Below, in pieces: positions 1-11,606 of a stretch of 64,000 nt of DNA. The stretch is from NCBI GenBank assembly GCA_037447605.1, contig CM074819.1, positions 248,001-312,000 on the forward strand, read 5' to 3'. The notes under the pieces are model-generated. The model had not been told where the DNA came from. It saw only the letters and a program-made list of their open reading frames with translations, and did no database searches. The position numbers and the translations under genes were made by a program. This DNA is from Zygnema circumcarinatum SAG 698-1b. Taxonomy: Eukaryota > Plantae > Zygnematophyceae. The stretch's first letter is position 1. Every line of letters starts with the position of its first letter.

Positions 1-377
1 TCAAATCAAGATAAGGAGGATTATTTAATAAGATGGTAAAAATATAATGAAGAAAACTACAAAGGTGTGCTAAAGGCACCAAATCTCTAAAATTCTGCTC
101 TGGTGATCAGAAAACCAGTAGGAAAAAGTGAAGCAAAGGGAGAAGGGGAAAAGTTATTGGGTATTTAGTTAGGTAGTCACTAACTAGGAAGTTTGTTACC
201 TCTTCTGCAGGTCGTATGTCTTCAAAAAAAGGTAAAGAAATAAGCTGGAAACCTGGGGNNNNNNNNNNTTTTTTTTAGAGCTTCAAGCATAGAGAAGTTT
301 CAGGTTTGTGTACACAACCCTAAAGAATCGCAAAAATGACGTGATCATTAATAGCAAAAAAAAATAATAGATATTAC

Positions 378-3300
378 CTTTCCAAACGCAACATCGCCGC
401 ATGTAGGGCCACAAAAGCACACACACTGCCCTTTATAGCCTGCTTCCAGCCAAGTTGCTTCCTAAGAATGAGAATGTGATCTCTTGAAAAAGGAAAAATC
501 CACCCAAAGAATGGAGCAATCTTCAAAAGGAATCTAATGAAAGTATGGTATAATCTTCAAAAGGAAAAGAATCTAGTGAAAGTATGGAGTAATCTTCATA
601 AGGAACGTCTCTGATGAAAGTATCGAGTAATCTCATGATTAGAAGGACTCACATTTTCGTCGGGATACAGAAATGTTGGTGGGCTTAGGTTGTAATAGTC
701 TCTCAAGCATGAAATTGGTTTGAATCCGAGCAATTGGAGGCCTGGATAGTTGGCCACTTTTTTCACCTCCTTCAGTTCCTCCGCTTTGAAGATCACTCGA
801 GCACTATAGCAACACGCAGACAAAAGAAACTCAACACAAAGAATTATTTTGGGAATTTAGAGGAAAAAAAAGCATAGTGAAATGGAGCCAGTTCGGCATT
901 GCAGGGAGAACAACCAATAAAAAACAATTGGCCAATATTGCCAGTTTCAAAGTAATTGGTCGAAGGAAAGTATTTGGATGGCCTATTCTGCGAGGTTCAA
1001 GTCAACTTAACTGAATTGAACACTTCACAACTCCAAAAATAAGAAAACATCCAGTAATTGTATAGCAACAAGGACAATGAAGTGGGTATGAATGAGCTTA
1101 AGATCAAGCTTGAGGTTCATATTCAAGCATGAAAGACTTCCTAGAAATTCAAAATGCGCATTTTCAGATGTTGTAGATCACGAACAGATTGCCAGATATT
1201 CTCCACAATGCAAATCTATGAGTTGGTAGTTGCCATTCGATTACTACCTGCCGTAGAACTGAACCCGTTTAACGGGCTCAGATAGAACGGCCCCTGTGTC
1301 CTGGCAGATGAAGGTAGTTTCTACCTGCGGAAAAGGAACAAGTTATAGCTTAAGAAGAGGAAGGGAAGGAGATAAAACGATAAGGAATAGTGAAAGAGAT
1401 AAGAAAAGAGGGAGTAGGGGGAGGGCGAGAGCGGAGAGGGGAGAGGGGAAGGGGGAGGAAGGGGGGAGAGGGGGGAAGAGATAGAGGGAGAGAGGGAGAG
1501 AGAAAGGGAGAGGATGTGGGAGCAGTCTCGCTGAGGATGGACAAGTTTCGACTCACCTTCACACGAGCATTATCGCTGGACCGGACATAGGTATCCTTTG
1601 CTGCCAAAAATGACCACAAGACATATTTTGTCATATAAAAATCCCTCCCTTTCCTTCATTCCACCCTCTCTCCCTCCTCTGTCCTTCAATCTGACCATCC
1701 CCCACACCACCCCCTCTCTGCAACCGATCAGAATGCAGAAGCCAGGTACAGGTGCCAAAAATGATAGGTTATTATGCTGACTTAAGCAAACATGCAGCGG
1801 AGTTTTTGTATCACCACGCTAAGGCCTCTCACTCAACTCTCCTCTCCATACCTTGTTCATTTTTGCACCTCACTTCCACCTCCCTCCCAACTCCTCTAGC
1901 CCGTCCCTCTGTCCCTACCCCTGTCTGAGAAACTATCTGTAAACTGAGAAGTCTGTACATGTGACTGCTAGAATAAACCACATAGTATGAGCTTTAGAAG
2001 CATTAAGGGTCTTAAGCCTCACCAAGAGTAGCATGTCGAATCAGAGCATAAGTTCGCATCGCAATTTCGATCTTATCGTTTAATCGCAAAGGAACTCGAG
2101 CAACCATTCTTTTCTTATAGATTTTTTTCCGTATTCGAGAATGTAGGTCTTCAGTCCTGCCAGAGACCCCCCCCAAAAACAAAAAAAATCAGCTTTCAGT
2201 AAAAAACTGTAACTATAACTGTTCTGTAAGTGAATTTTCCATACCCCATAAGATTGAATCAATGAAGAATGCAGATAAGGCTTAATTGAGTTTTTCACCC
2301 ACTTTCGAATAGAGGAGCTCATAAAGCTGGAAGTCTCATCCTCGTCTACTTGAACCATATCCTACACAACCCCCCCAAAATATTATTACCATTTAAATAG
2401 CGAAAAAAACATTTTCTCTATTGAGCTTGAACGGTTGGGAAAAACAGTGCTTGATAAAAAAAATTAACCTTTTTAAGGCAGTCTTCTTTAGCTCAATTAA
2501 TAAACAAAATTGTAGAACAGTTTACATATATTTTCTATCTCCTCCTCCTCCTCCTCCTCCTCCTCCTCCTCCTACTCCTACTCCTCCTCTCCTCTCTCCC
2601 CCTCCCCTCCTCTCCTCCAGCTACGGGAATACGCAGAACCAACAGACTTACTGCATAAAGAATCATTATGTTGAACTCCTCTCCCGGCCGATCCATCGGA
2701 AACAACTCCATTGCAATTCCAAGATCTTGGGCATCCTGAGAAAAAATTATCTTCTCAACACAATATCCAACAGCTCGTTCTACATAGCAGAAAAAAGCTC
2801 TAAGCTCCTGAGAAGGTGAGGGAACGAAAAAAGGGAGGAGAATTTCAAAATCCGAAGAGAAAAAAAATCCAAAGATATTAAGAAATTCAACACCTACCTT
2901 GGCCTTTTGAATTGTTGTTCTTCGCATATCTGATTTTACGAGTGGTTCCGCATCGCCAAAAGGATCGTCATTATTTGTAAACAACAATAGCCGCTTGTTT
3001 ACATTCTTTGCAGGGCTGGTAAAAGGAGAAAAAAATAGCCTCTAGGATTTAATTGTTTTTCTCGAAGGAAGAACAAGGCTTTGGCATTTCTATGGGTTTC
3101 GAACGGTTCAGGGACTCGTGAGACAATTTGGCTTTTATATTTTGAGCTAAGAAGTACAGAGAGAGACAAAGATAGGGAGACAGTGAGGGGGAGAGCGAGA
3201 GAGAGAGGGGGGGGGGGGAGAAAATGGCCGGGTCATACGTTCAGATAAAACTACAAAGATTTAGACTTAATGGTAAGCCGACTTTAGGGTGTAACAATCC

Positions 3301-5864
3301 GTACCCAGCTGTGAACATTGCTTGTGTCACCCATCTGCATTGAACAAAAGAGTGTTTAATTCAATGGCAAAGAAATATCATTCCTATAGATCGACAATAT
3401 TTGAAAGTCAGGAAATCGAACATCACAGTTCACTCATATCGCATTTTTGACACATCGAAACCTCTATTGAGCAATAACATACTCTTCAGAATGTAACTGT
3501 AACTGTTTTGGTTGGAACATGGAGCACCGTTCTACCTACAGTGCATTGTACCTGCAGACGGCAGACCCAAAGACCCCATAAAATAGCAATAAGTGTCTAT
3601 ATTATGGTTAAAACTAAAACCTATCGAACAAACAAAACGAGACCTGGTACTCAATTCTCCTCCAAGCCTGATATGTCGACATCAAACAATATCGAAAATA
3701 TCAAATTTGTTTCTGAAATCACGAGAACATCCTTTGAGAAAGAAAGCAAGGGAGAAAGAGAGAGCGAGAGAGAAGGAAGATGGACGAAGGAAAGTTTGAC
3801 TACTCAGCCCCCTCTAAAACCACGTTAAAGACGGTAAAATCGTCCGCAGAAGTTTTTCGAATGCTTGATCGTTAGAGCTGAATTCTGAATGCAATGTTTC
3901 TCAACATCTCAGCCATAAATTACCATCGTAAGTTAAAAGGTGCTCAGGCCTTACAATGGGTTTTCTATCGACCCCGATACAACGCCATATCTGCTTCCGA
4001 TATCCCGCTCAAATCTACCTGCAAGATATTGCAAAAAGGAAAGGTAAAAAAAAAAAACCCCACGAAAAAGTGGCCAAAAAGTAGTCCCTCCTTTCCCACC
4101 TACCCCTCCTCATCTCCCTACCCCCCCCTACCCTCTCCCTCCTACTCCCGCTCTTTGTACGATGTCCGCTGTTCTCCACCTGTTGTCTCCCCCCCACACC
4201 CCCTGGCTTACCCATTTCATCTCCCTACTCTCTCCCCTTCCCTCCCCTTCCTTCCCCTCACATCTCCAGCCTTCCGCCTCTTCCATCCCCCCGGCCCGCC
4301 TCCCGCCTCTCCCCTTCCTCTCCCACGCTTCTCCTCCCCCACCCTTCTCCTCTCTCATCCCCCCTCCCGCCTCTCCCCTCTCACATTCCCTACTAGCTCA
4401 CGCCTCCTTTCTTCCCCATCCTCCCACCCCTCTCCCGAATCAGGACCCAAGCAGTCACAGTAAGCAAGACTTGAGCTCACCTGCTACTGTGCTCAAATCC
4501 TTGATTAAGTGAATGGAGGGAGCAGCAAGCTCGCTCAGTACAAATACTCCTTCACTTTGTTGAATGCTCTTCTTCTCCCTCTGAATAAAGTCATCATCAC
4601 CAAATTCCGAAACTTCAGATATTTCTCTTTGGCAGGACGTTTTGAGGCTGAAAGAAATCCAGAGGCATAAGGCATAGAATTTTTGATGTGGGTAATCTGG
4701 TGCAGGTTGAATTTGTAGGATTTTATGGTTCGTGCCTCGACGGAGCAACGAATAGCAGAGCTCACCGTGTTGTAAAATGCAACACCGACTTGGTCGGCAT
4801 CGCGAGAAATAATGCGAGACTTCAAATCTTCGACCAAACAGTTCAAGATCGCCTCGAAATATGTCTTGGGCCTCGACTCCACATACTTCTGAAAGACACA
4901 GCACATTTTATCTAGCTTTTATGATTCCTAAAAAGTATGATAATGACTTTACCTCAATTGCAACAATGTGCTGAAAAAAAAAAGGTGGCATGAGGACCTT
5001 GACATTTTTCCTGCTCTCTCTTCCAACTCTCACATTCCCGTTCTTTCTACTTTCTTTATAAACCATTCAATCTCGTCCTTTAGTCTCTTTCCCAGTTTCA
5101 CTTTCTTCACAACCCATTTCCCCGCTTCGCTCACCACTCTCCCTCCACCTCCCACTCTCCAACTTCCTCTGCCCTTCTCAAAGACAAGCTCAGAATTGTA
5201 GAAACATACCTTCTGAGGCATTTGCAGAAACATGTCGGAGCTGCTGTCAATGAGGTAGACCACAAGCTCCTTCCACGTCGAATTATCCTGCCAGCAACCT
5301 CAACGTCGATAGAGAAGAAAGACGAAAATTCATGGCAGACAGAAATAAATCAGACATCCATTATCTCTTCTGAACATGCCTATACATGCCCGTCGCATGT
5401 ATTTTTGCCTACATACGTGCGAATGTAAGAATGCTTACTACAGCATCTCCAATACTATCAAGGTTCATCAATACTTCGACAAATGCATTGGACAAACGAA
5501 GGTTAAACACTGCAAGCACCAGGTATGTGTGGTTGTGCATCTGTCATGTTCATTACATGTGCTTTTATATCGTCATGTTTGAAATAGCTACAACTCAAAA
5601 CATATGTTACATATCTCTCAAGTGTCTAGGTATCCATATATTGAACGTCTTTACACATTGACATACAATATTGGCATTGGCATTAAAATACAGCTTTAAA
5701 CAAGCATAAGTCCAATCGCGCGTTCAGTACACATGCATGCCTGAGCTTCATCATAACAAGAGTTGCAAGCTGCGCCTAATCCTCACCTCGCCTGCCTCCC
5801 TCTCCTCCTCCTCTCCCTCCTCGTCTCCAAACAGGCTGTGCGGCGCATCCGCATCGCCAGCCAT
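378..5864 (-). CDS. KU70: Ku70 (XRCC6) NHEJ DNA end-binding protein; 15 exons in window, 3' part lies outside the window or in the gap
   Basis: Phase-consistent GT-AG exons: 5787-5864, 5210-5287, 4766-4888, 4481-4580, 3955-4018, 3540-3551, 3305-3334, 2898-3015, 2652-2735, 2303-2361, 2023-2156, 1557-1600, 1248-1324, 653-803, 378-439. Peptides ELVVYLIDSS, LLFTNNDDPFG, GLQLLGFKPISCLRDYYNLSPPTFLYPDE and GSVCAFVALHAAM match plant Ku70 motifs in order. Confidence 0.95.
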
Positions 5865-6483
5865 AGATGATACTGCAGAGATCAACTGCCTGGAGCTGCC
5901 TGCTTTTGACTTCAGGGCTTCCTTCAGGAAGACTTCCTACTCTCCTTTCCCTTTACTTCCTACTCTTTAGGGTCACAGAATAGAGTGAGCAGCAGCTGTG
6001 GAGCCTCCTCTAAGCCTTTTAAGCGGTCGGAAGCTGCCGATGGCGGAACCTGCAACGGTAACTTCTCAGAGGCATGGCCATGGGCATGGCCATCGAGCCA
6101 TGGGCATGGGGACGGCATGCATGGCATGGGAAAATCGTACCGTACGGACGAACTTTGGCACGGCATGATGGCATATGCAGTCACGGTATCAAATCTTGTG
6201 CAGCATGTGACATAGAAACGAATTCCTAGTTTTACTGTTTAACTGGTTACTTTACCATGTAGTGCAGTGTTGTGGGCAGGCATGGCGAGTACAGGCCACC
6301 ATACCCCGCTGCCATGTCCTGCCTTGAGCCGGCCATGTATGCCATGCCGAGAGCAACATGGCATGGCCTCCAGCATCATGCAGCTCTGAATTCCAGTATG
6401 AAATGCTGCCGCGAGGTCAGGAAGCGGCGCGCAGCTTGAGGTGCGTGGGAATAGGGGAGAGTTGCATGGGCAAAGTAGTATAA

Positions 6484-6725
6484 GGGTGAGGGTTGATTTT
6501 AGGGTTTACGGTAGGCTTGGGATGAGTTTTTGGGCGAGGGATTATGATGGGAGTTATCGTGGGTTGAGGTCAGGATTAGAACCTGAGTGGGTCCGAGTAA
6601 GGCAGGGCTAAGGGTAGGTTCGAGTAAAAGCGTTAGGGATAGTGGTTGGGTTAGGTCAGGTCCAAGGTTAGGGTTAGGGCTATGGTTAGGGTGTGGGATA
6701 AGGGTAGGGGCTAAGAGTTCGGGTT
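6484..6725 (+). repeat. Degenerate telomere-like (TTAGGG-type) 6-bp periodic tract upstream of the PDRG1 ATG
   Basis: Includes GGTTAGGGTTAGGGCTATGGTTAGGG and TTTTAGGGTTT; 6-bp periodicity over about 240 bp. Confidence 0.6.
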
Positions 6726-6968
6726 ATTGTGAGGGCCAGAAAGTGAGGAATTTTGAGCTGAAGTCTTATGTGTGAGACAATGAGCAGTAGCTGCCTCTCC
6801 CTTTCATAGCAGCAGGGTATGGGAGAGGACTGGCCCTCAGAGCAGCTCGCTTCCTTCATAGTTCATATGTAAGTTTGTTTTTGGGGAGTTGCGCTCAAAA
6901 AATGGCCGTACCTATGTTTTTGTATGCAGCTTCGCAAAGATTACAAAAGCTTGCATTTAATTGCAACC

Positions 6969-8046
6969 ATGGATCCGGCCATGCTTTCTCTCAAGGAGGA
7001 GCTTGCCACAGTTGAGCGAGCAGCCGAGCAGCTCCTGCTCGCCAAACGAAAGGCATGTGCGCCTTTTTCTTGCAAACTTACAATGCTAATGTTTAATCTT
7101 ACGACCATTCAAGAGGGGCCCAGTGTCGCCTAGATGCATTCAACAAAACATTCAGAATTTGTCGTGTTCACCATGAGCAATTCAGCAAGTTCAGACTGGC
7201 GTAGCTTTAGGAGCCAGAACACGAATAGCCTTGGTGTCTGCCTTCACAGTAGAGAAAGGACTGATGCTGAGAAATTCAGACTGCCAACTCTAAAGTCGTA
7301 GTAACTCTTAAGCCATAGAGCCAACATAGTAAGCTAAGAAACGGCATCATTTTTCTATAGAAAAAGAGTGCCAATCGGGCGTGGTTTGGCCCACTTTCTG
7401 TCTATTGCAGCTTGTGGAATACGATCGACATCGGAACGGCAACAGGGAAGCGCTAACTGCTCTGCGGAAGCTGGCCCGAAAGCCATCTTCTGAAGGGCAG
7501 CGGTTGGTGACGGAGGTCCCTCCCGCCTCAGAGGTGACGCGACAGCCGTGCCGCGTCTGCGGCGTTATTCCCCTGACCACACCCGCATGGATCGCATTTC
7601 CTGGAGGGGATTCCTTTGTGAGATCTCCATTTCATACTGTTCATTCAGTGATTGAGCGAGGTATTTCCTACCACCCTTAACCTCAGCGAGGACCTTCTGA
7701 CTATGTTAATGTTCTTTTGTGGTCTTTCGGGGACCTTGGAGACTCCTGAGCTTTTTAGGTTTTTTACTATGGGCTGCATGCGTGAAGAAAGTCATGTGGA
7801 GTACAGGGCAGAAGGTCTCCACTCATGCTTGAAACCCTAAATTTTTCAAAGCCTGAAAGCATGCATGGGCATGCAGAGCAAGAGCAGACAGAGATGGCCA
7901 TCAATGGCGCTCGAAGTGAAATGAAAGATAAGACCCTTTTGCTGTCTGAGAGCGGAGCCCTCGCCGACAAGGTCGGCCCAAGTCTGGTGAAGGCGTTTGT
8001 CACACTCAAGGACAGTTCGGGAGCAGCTGCAAGACGTGACTTGTAA
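6969..8046 (+). CDS. PDRG1: PDRG1 (p53 and DNA damage-regulated 1, prefoldin-like), 167 aa, 3 exons
   Basis: Exons 6969-7052, 7411-7660, 7877-8046. Peptides AEQLLLAKRK-LVEYDRHRNGNREALTALRK, CRVCG, WIAFPGGDSF..PFHTVH and LSESGALADKVGPSLVKAFVTLKD resemble plant PDRG1. Intron 1 requires a GC donor. Confidence 0.88.
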
Positions 8047-8845
8047 AAATGCATCCCTTAAAATTCTTAGGCTTTCTTTCTTACGTCTTTTTCCCCATTT
8101 CCCTGATCAACTGATCAATTATGGCTACTCGCTATGGGACCCACTGGCGACGATTATACGTAGACATTCTCTAGTATGGCAACATGGCTGGAAGGAATCT
8201 TGTGACAAGAATGCCTAACCTTCCTATGTAACTACTTGGAACCGCCTTTCCCAGTGGTTTCTCGTTCCAACAAGTTTGGACGTTAGACTTTTTGTTGAAC
8301 AAAGGCATCCGCCGTTCACCTCCCCGCGTGACGCGTGTGACGTCTGGCTTCCAACCGTAGACTATCGCAAGATCCAACGGCTCTGCATACGACTCAGGAA
8401 AGGAATTGCCACTGTGCCCACGGTGGCGATGCCATGAAAGGCACATGCACAACAACAAAGTAAAAACATGAAGCTAAAGGCAACAATTCCGCTATGATAT
8501 CTTTTTTCTTTCGTCCTCACATCCCTTTGTGACCATATGATTCCATGTAGTTCCCCATGTTGTTGTTGAACATGTATATTTCATGGCATGGCCATGCGTG
8601 AGATCAATGCCATATCCAAATATCCTTTTTTCAAACTCTCTCCATTCGTGCCCCTTGCGTCAGAAAGTTCTAAATCGAAGCTCGGATCCAATGAGAGGTC
8701 GATATGAACGCTGCTTTTGTTTCGGTTTCCCCTCGGCCTCCCCCCCCCCCCCCCTATCGCCACGTGCCAACCTCTCATTGGTTGATATCCGTTGAGGTAC
8801 ACGCTTACCTGAGAAGTGGGTTGAACTCGACTCACTTGACACACT

Positions 8846-8910
8846 GCCATGTAGGCTCCACGTATGCACCACGTAGATGCCACGTAGAAGCCACGTAGGC
8901 GCCACTTACC
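8846..8910 (+). promoter_or_regulatory. Six CCACGTAG-like (ACGT-core) motifs at an exact 11-bp period, about 330 bp upstream of the SPX-MFS ATG
   Basis: Motif starts at 8847, 8858, 8869, 8880, 8891, 8902. The regulatory role is inferred only. Confidence 0.45.
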
Positions 8911-9230
8911 TCGAAAATGGCGACTCGATTGGCGTTTGGCCCGGCGATACCAATCGGAATCGATACTAGATTCGTAGGACAACCATACAATGTTTGCCAC
9001 GTAGGCAGTTATGAACACGTAGCGTGACGCCATTGGCGAAGAAACGGATAAAAGGGCCACAGCGGAACTGCAGGGAATATCTTCTTCTCGGTTCGCGCAC
9101 ACACCTGCAGCCTGTGACTACGAAAGTGAGTAAAGTGACTAACCAGTCAAGCAGGACGACTGTAGTGGTTTGGAGAGGAAGAGGGAGAGAGGGAGAGAGG
9201 GAGGGAGAGCCACGAGTTCTGAGAGGCAGA

Positions 9231-11544
9231 ATGGTGCAGTTTGGGCACTACCTTTTGGCAAATCAAGTTCCAGGATGGGAAGAGTAAGTGTTTCTGCTAT
9301 ATTAAACTTTCCGAAATCTTTTTTTTAATTGAACCATCAAATCTATTTACTATTATCGTTATCTTTATTTTCTGAAGGAATTTTCTTTACCATTTGTTCT
9401 TCCACAACCGTATCGGACCCTATGAGCTCTATCTCTAACCCTAGCCGTAATCCTAACTCTATCCCTAACTTCAACTGTACCTCTGAATCTACCCCTAAAC
9501 CTAAACCTAGCCCTGAGCCTACTCCAATCCAAACCTGTCTTTGATTTTGAACCCTGGCCCTAACCTCAACCTCGTAATTTCAACTCTTATCTTAAGCTGA
9601 TCGTCACTCGTAACCCCATGGGCTGGCGGTGCACAGCTACTACATGGATTACAAGGAGCTCAAGAACACCATCAAAGTGTATGAAGGGCAGGCCAACGCT
9701 GCCACGGAGGACGAGCGCGACCGCATCATAAAAATCTTTTCGGAGCTCCTCGACTCGCAGGTGCTGGAACCAACCGTCATATGTTTCATCAATTCTGTAT
9801 GCCATGTCATATCCCTATGGAACTCCAGATACAAGCAACTGAAATGTGTGGTTAGTTTACTTGACACGCACAGTCAACAAGCATAGTGAAGTCTGGTCAA
9901 GCTTGATCAGACTAAGACGAGCGTGATGAGCTCCATATTCGACTCTCACACGTTTGGGGGCACTTCGCAGATAGAGAAGATGGTCCTCTTTTTTTTGGAG
10001 CGTCAAGGGCTGCTGGCAGCGCAGCTGCAGAGAATGAGAGAGAGCCGGTCAAGAATACAAAGTGGACGAGAGATTGTCTCGATATCGCAACTCATTAGTG
10101 AATACAGGTTTCAAAATTTTAAACTTATCAACATCAAGCCAATTTGCGATGCGTTGTGCCGTTGAATCACCTCGGGGAGTGGGGACTTATTCCGTTCAAG
10201 GAATAGGCACTGAGTCAAAGGACCTTCTCCTGACAAATCTTCCTTCACTCCTAACTAATTAACTGATTGCATGTGCAGAAGTGTAGCAGGGGAACTGCTG
10301 CAGCTCCTTCAGTTCATGGAGATAAATGCAACGGGTATCCGCAAGATATTGAAGAAATTCGATCGACGAGTGGGTCTGCGTCTTGGGGAGAAGTACATCG
10401 AGACTCGAACTACGCACCCTTACTCTCAACTGCAGCAAGTTTTCCGTCAAGTGGTAAGCAAAGCTCCATCTTTTCTCTTCTCTGATGGTTCATGCGCAGT
10501 CTCATATCTATTGTTTGTGTTAGTTGCTTCACCTCTCATGTACAATGCTGCTTGTTGTTGTTTCATTTGCAGGGTTTGGGTGCAATTTTGGGGACAATAA
10601 TGAGGAATTTAGCGGAGCTCCATGAAGAACAACAGATAAAGGAGCCTAGCATGAGGAGATTTTCGTCATTCAATTTGTTTACAAGGGGGCAAGTTCCGGC
10701 CTACCTTGTGGCGGAGGAGCCTCTCATTCAGGTATGCTCAGTACCTGTAAATACCTCCCTCTCCCTCTCCGTCTCCCACTCTCTCCCACACTCTCTCTAT
10801 TCACGTATCGTAATGTGGTTGATGTTATTTCGGGCGGTTCATTGTTCATTTTGTTGTTCATTATATTGCAGGAAATTCAAGCGGCTCAGCAGAAATTAAC
10901 TCAAGCCGTTAGCTTCAGCTCTTTTGTTGCAAATGGACTTTTGCTTCCCAAGCCACTTGAGACTCTTCCAGGGGTTCCCATTGAAGAAGAGGTGGAATAC
11001 GACTTCTGGTCCGTACAGATCAACCAGATCAACACTTTCCTGTACATGGTAAGCTCTACGTTCCAAAATTTTTCCAAAATTCAACTTACTTCCTAAATCA
11101 CAGATTCTTATCTTGTCAAACGACTGTCCTTCAGAAGATTTTCCAATGACAGGTTTCAATATTTTTTCTTTCGAAATTGAATGTTCTTGCAGGTGAACTA
11201 CTATATCATTGTTCCGACCTCTGATGAGTATGCTGAAATTCTGAAAGCGCCTGGATCCCTCTGCGGGATTATCATTGGTTCAATGCCATTCTGCGCCTTA
11301 ATATCAGCTCTTGTATACAGTAAATGGTCAAACAGATCATACAGGGAACCGTTATACATCAGTACAATTGTACTTATTGTTGGAAATTTGATGTATGCAA
11401 CAGCCTACGATTTTAATGCAGTGTGGTTACTTATGGCTGGACGAGCTCTAGCCGGGTAAGTTGTGATGGTGTTTTGACAGTTGTAATTCCGAGCGTTTAG
11501 TGTACGTTGGGATGCATGTTCACCTGGAAAATCTTCCTCTCCTA

Positions 11545-11606
<62 letters not shown>

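Noticed and set aside
8220-9231. PHR1-binding P1BS sites (GNATATNC) upstream of the phosphate transporter
   Set aside because: All ATAT cores inspected fail the consensus; the closest is GAATATCT near 9074.
6484-9575. Telomere-like tracts as a real chromosome end or fusion scar
   Set aside because: Highly degenerate and embedded in gene 5' regions or introns. The two tracts point inward around intact genes with no junction.
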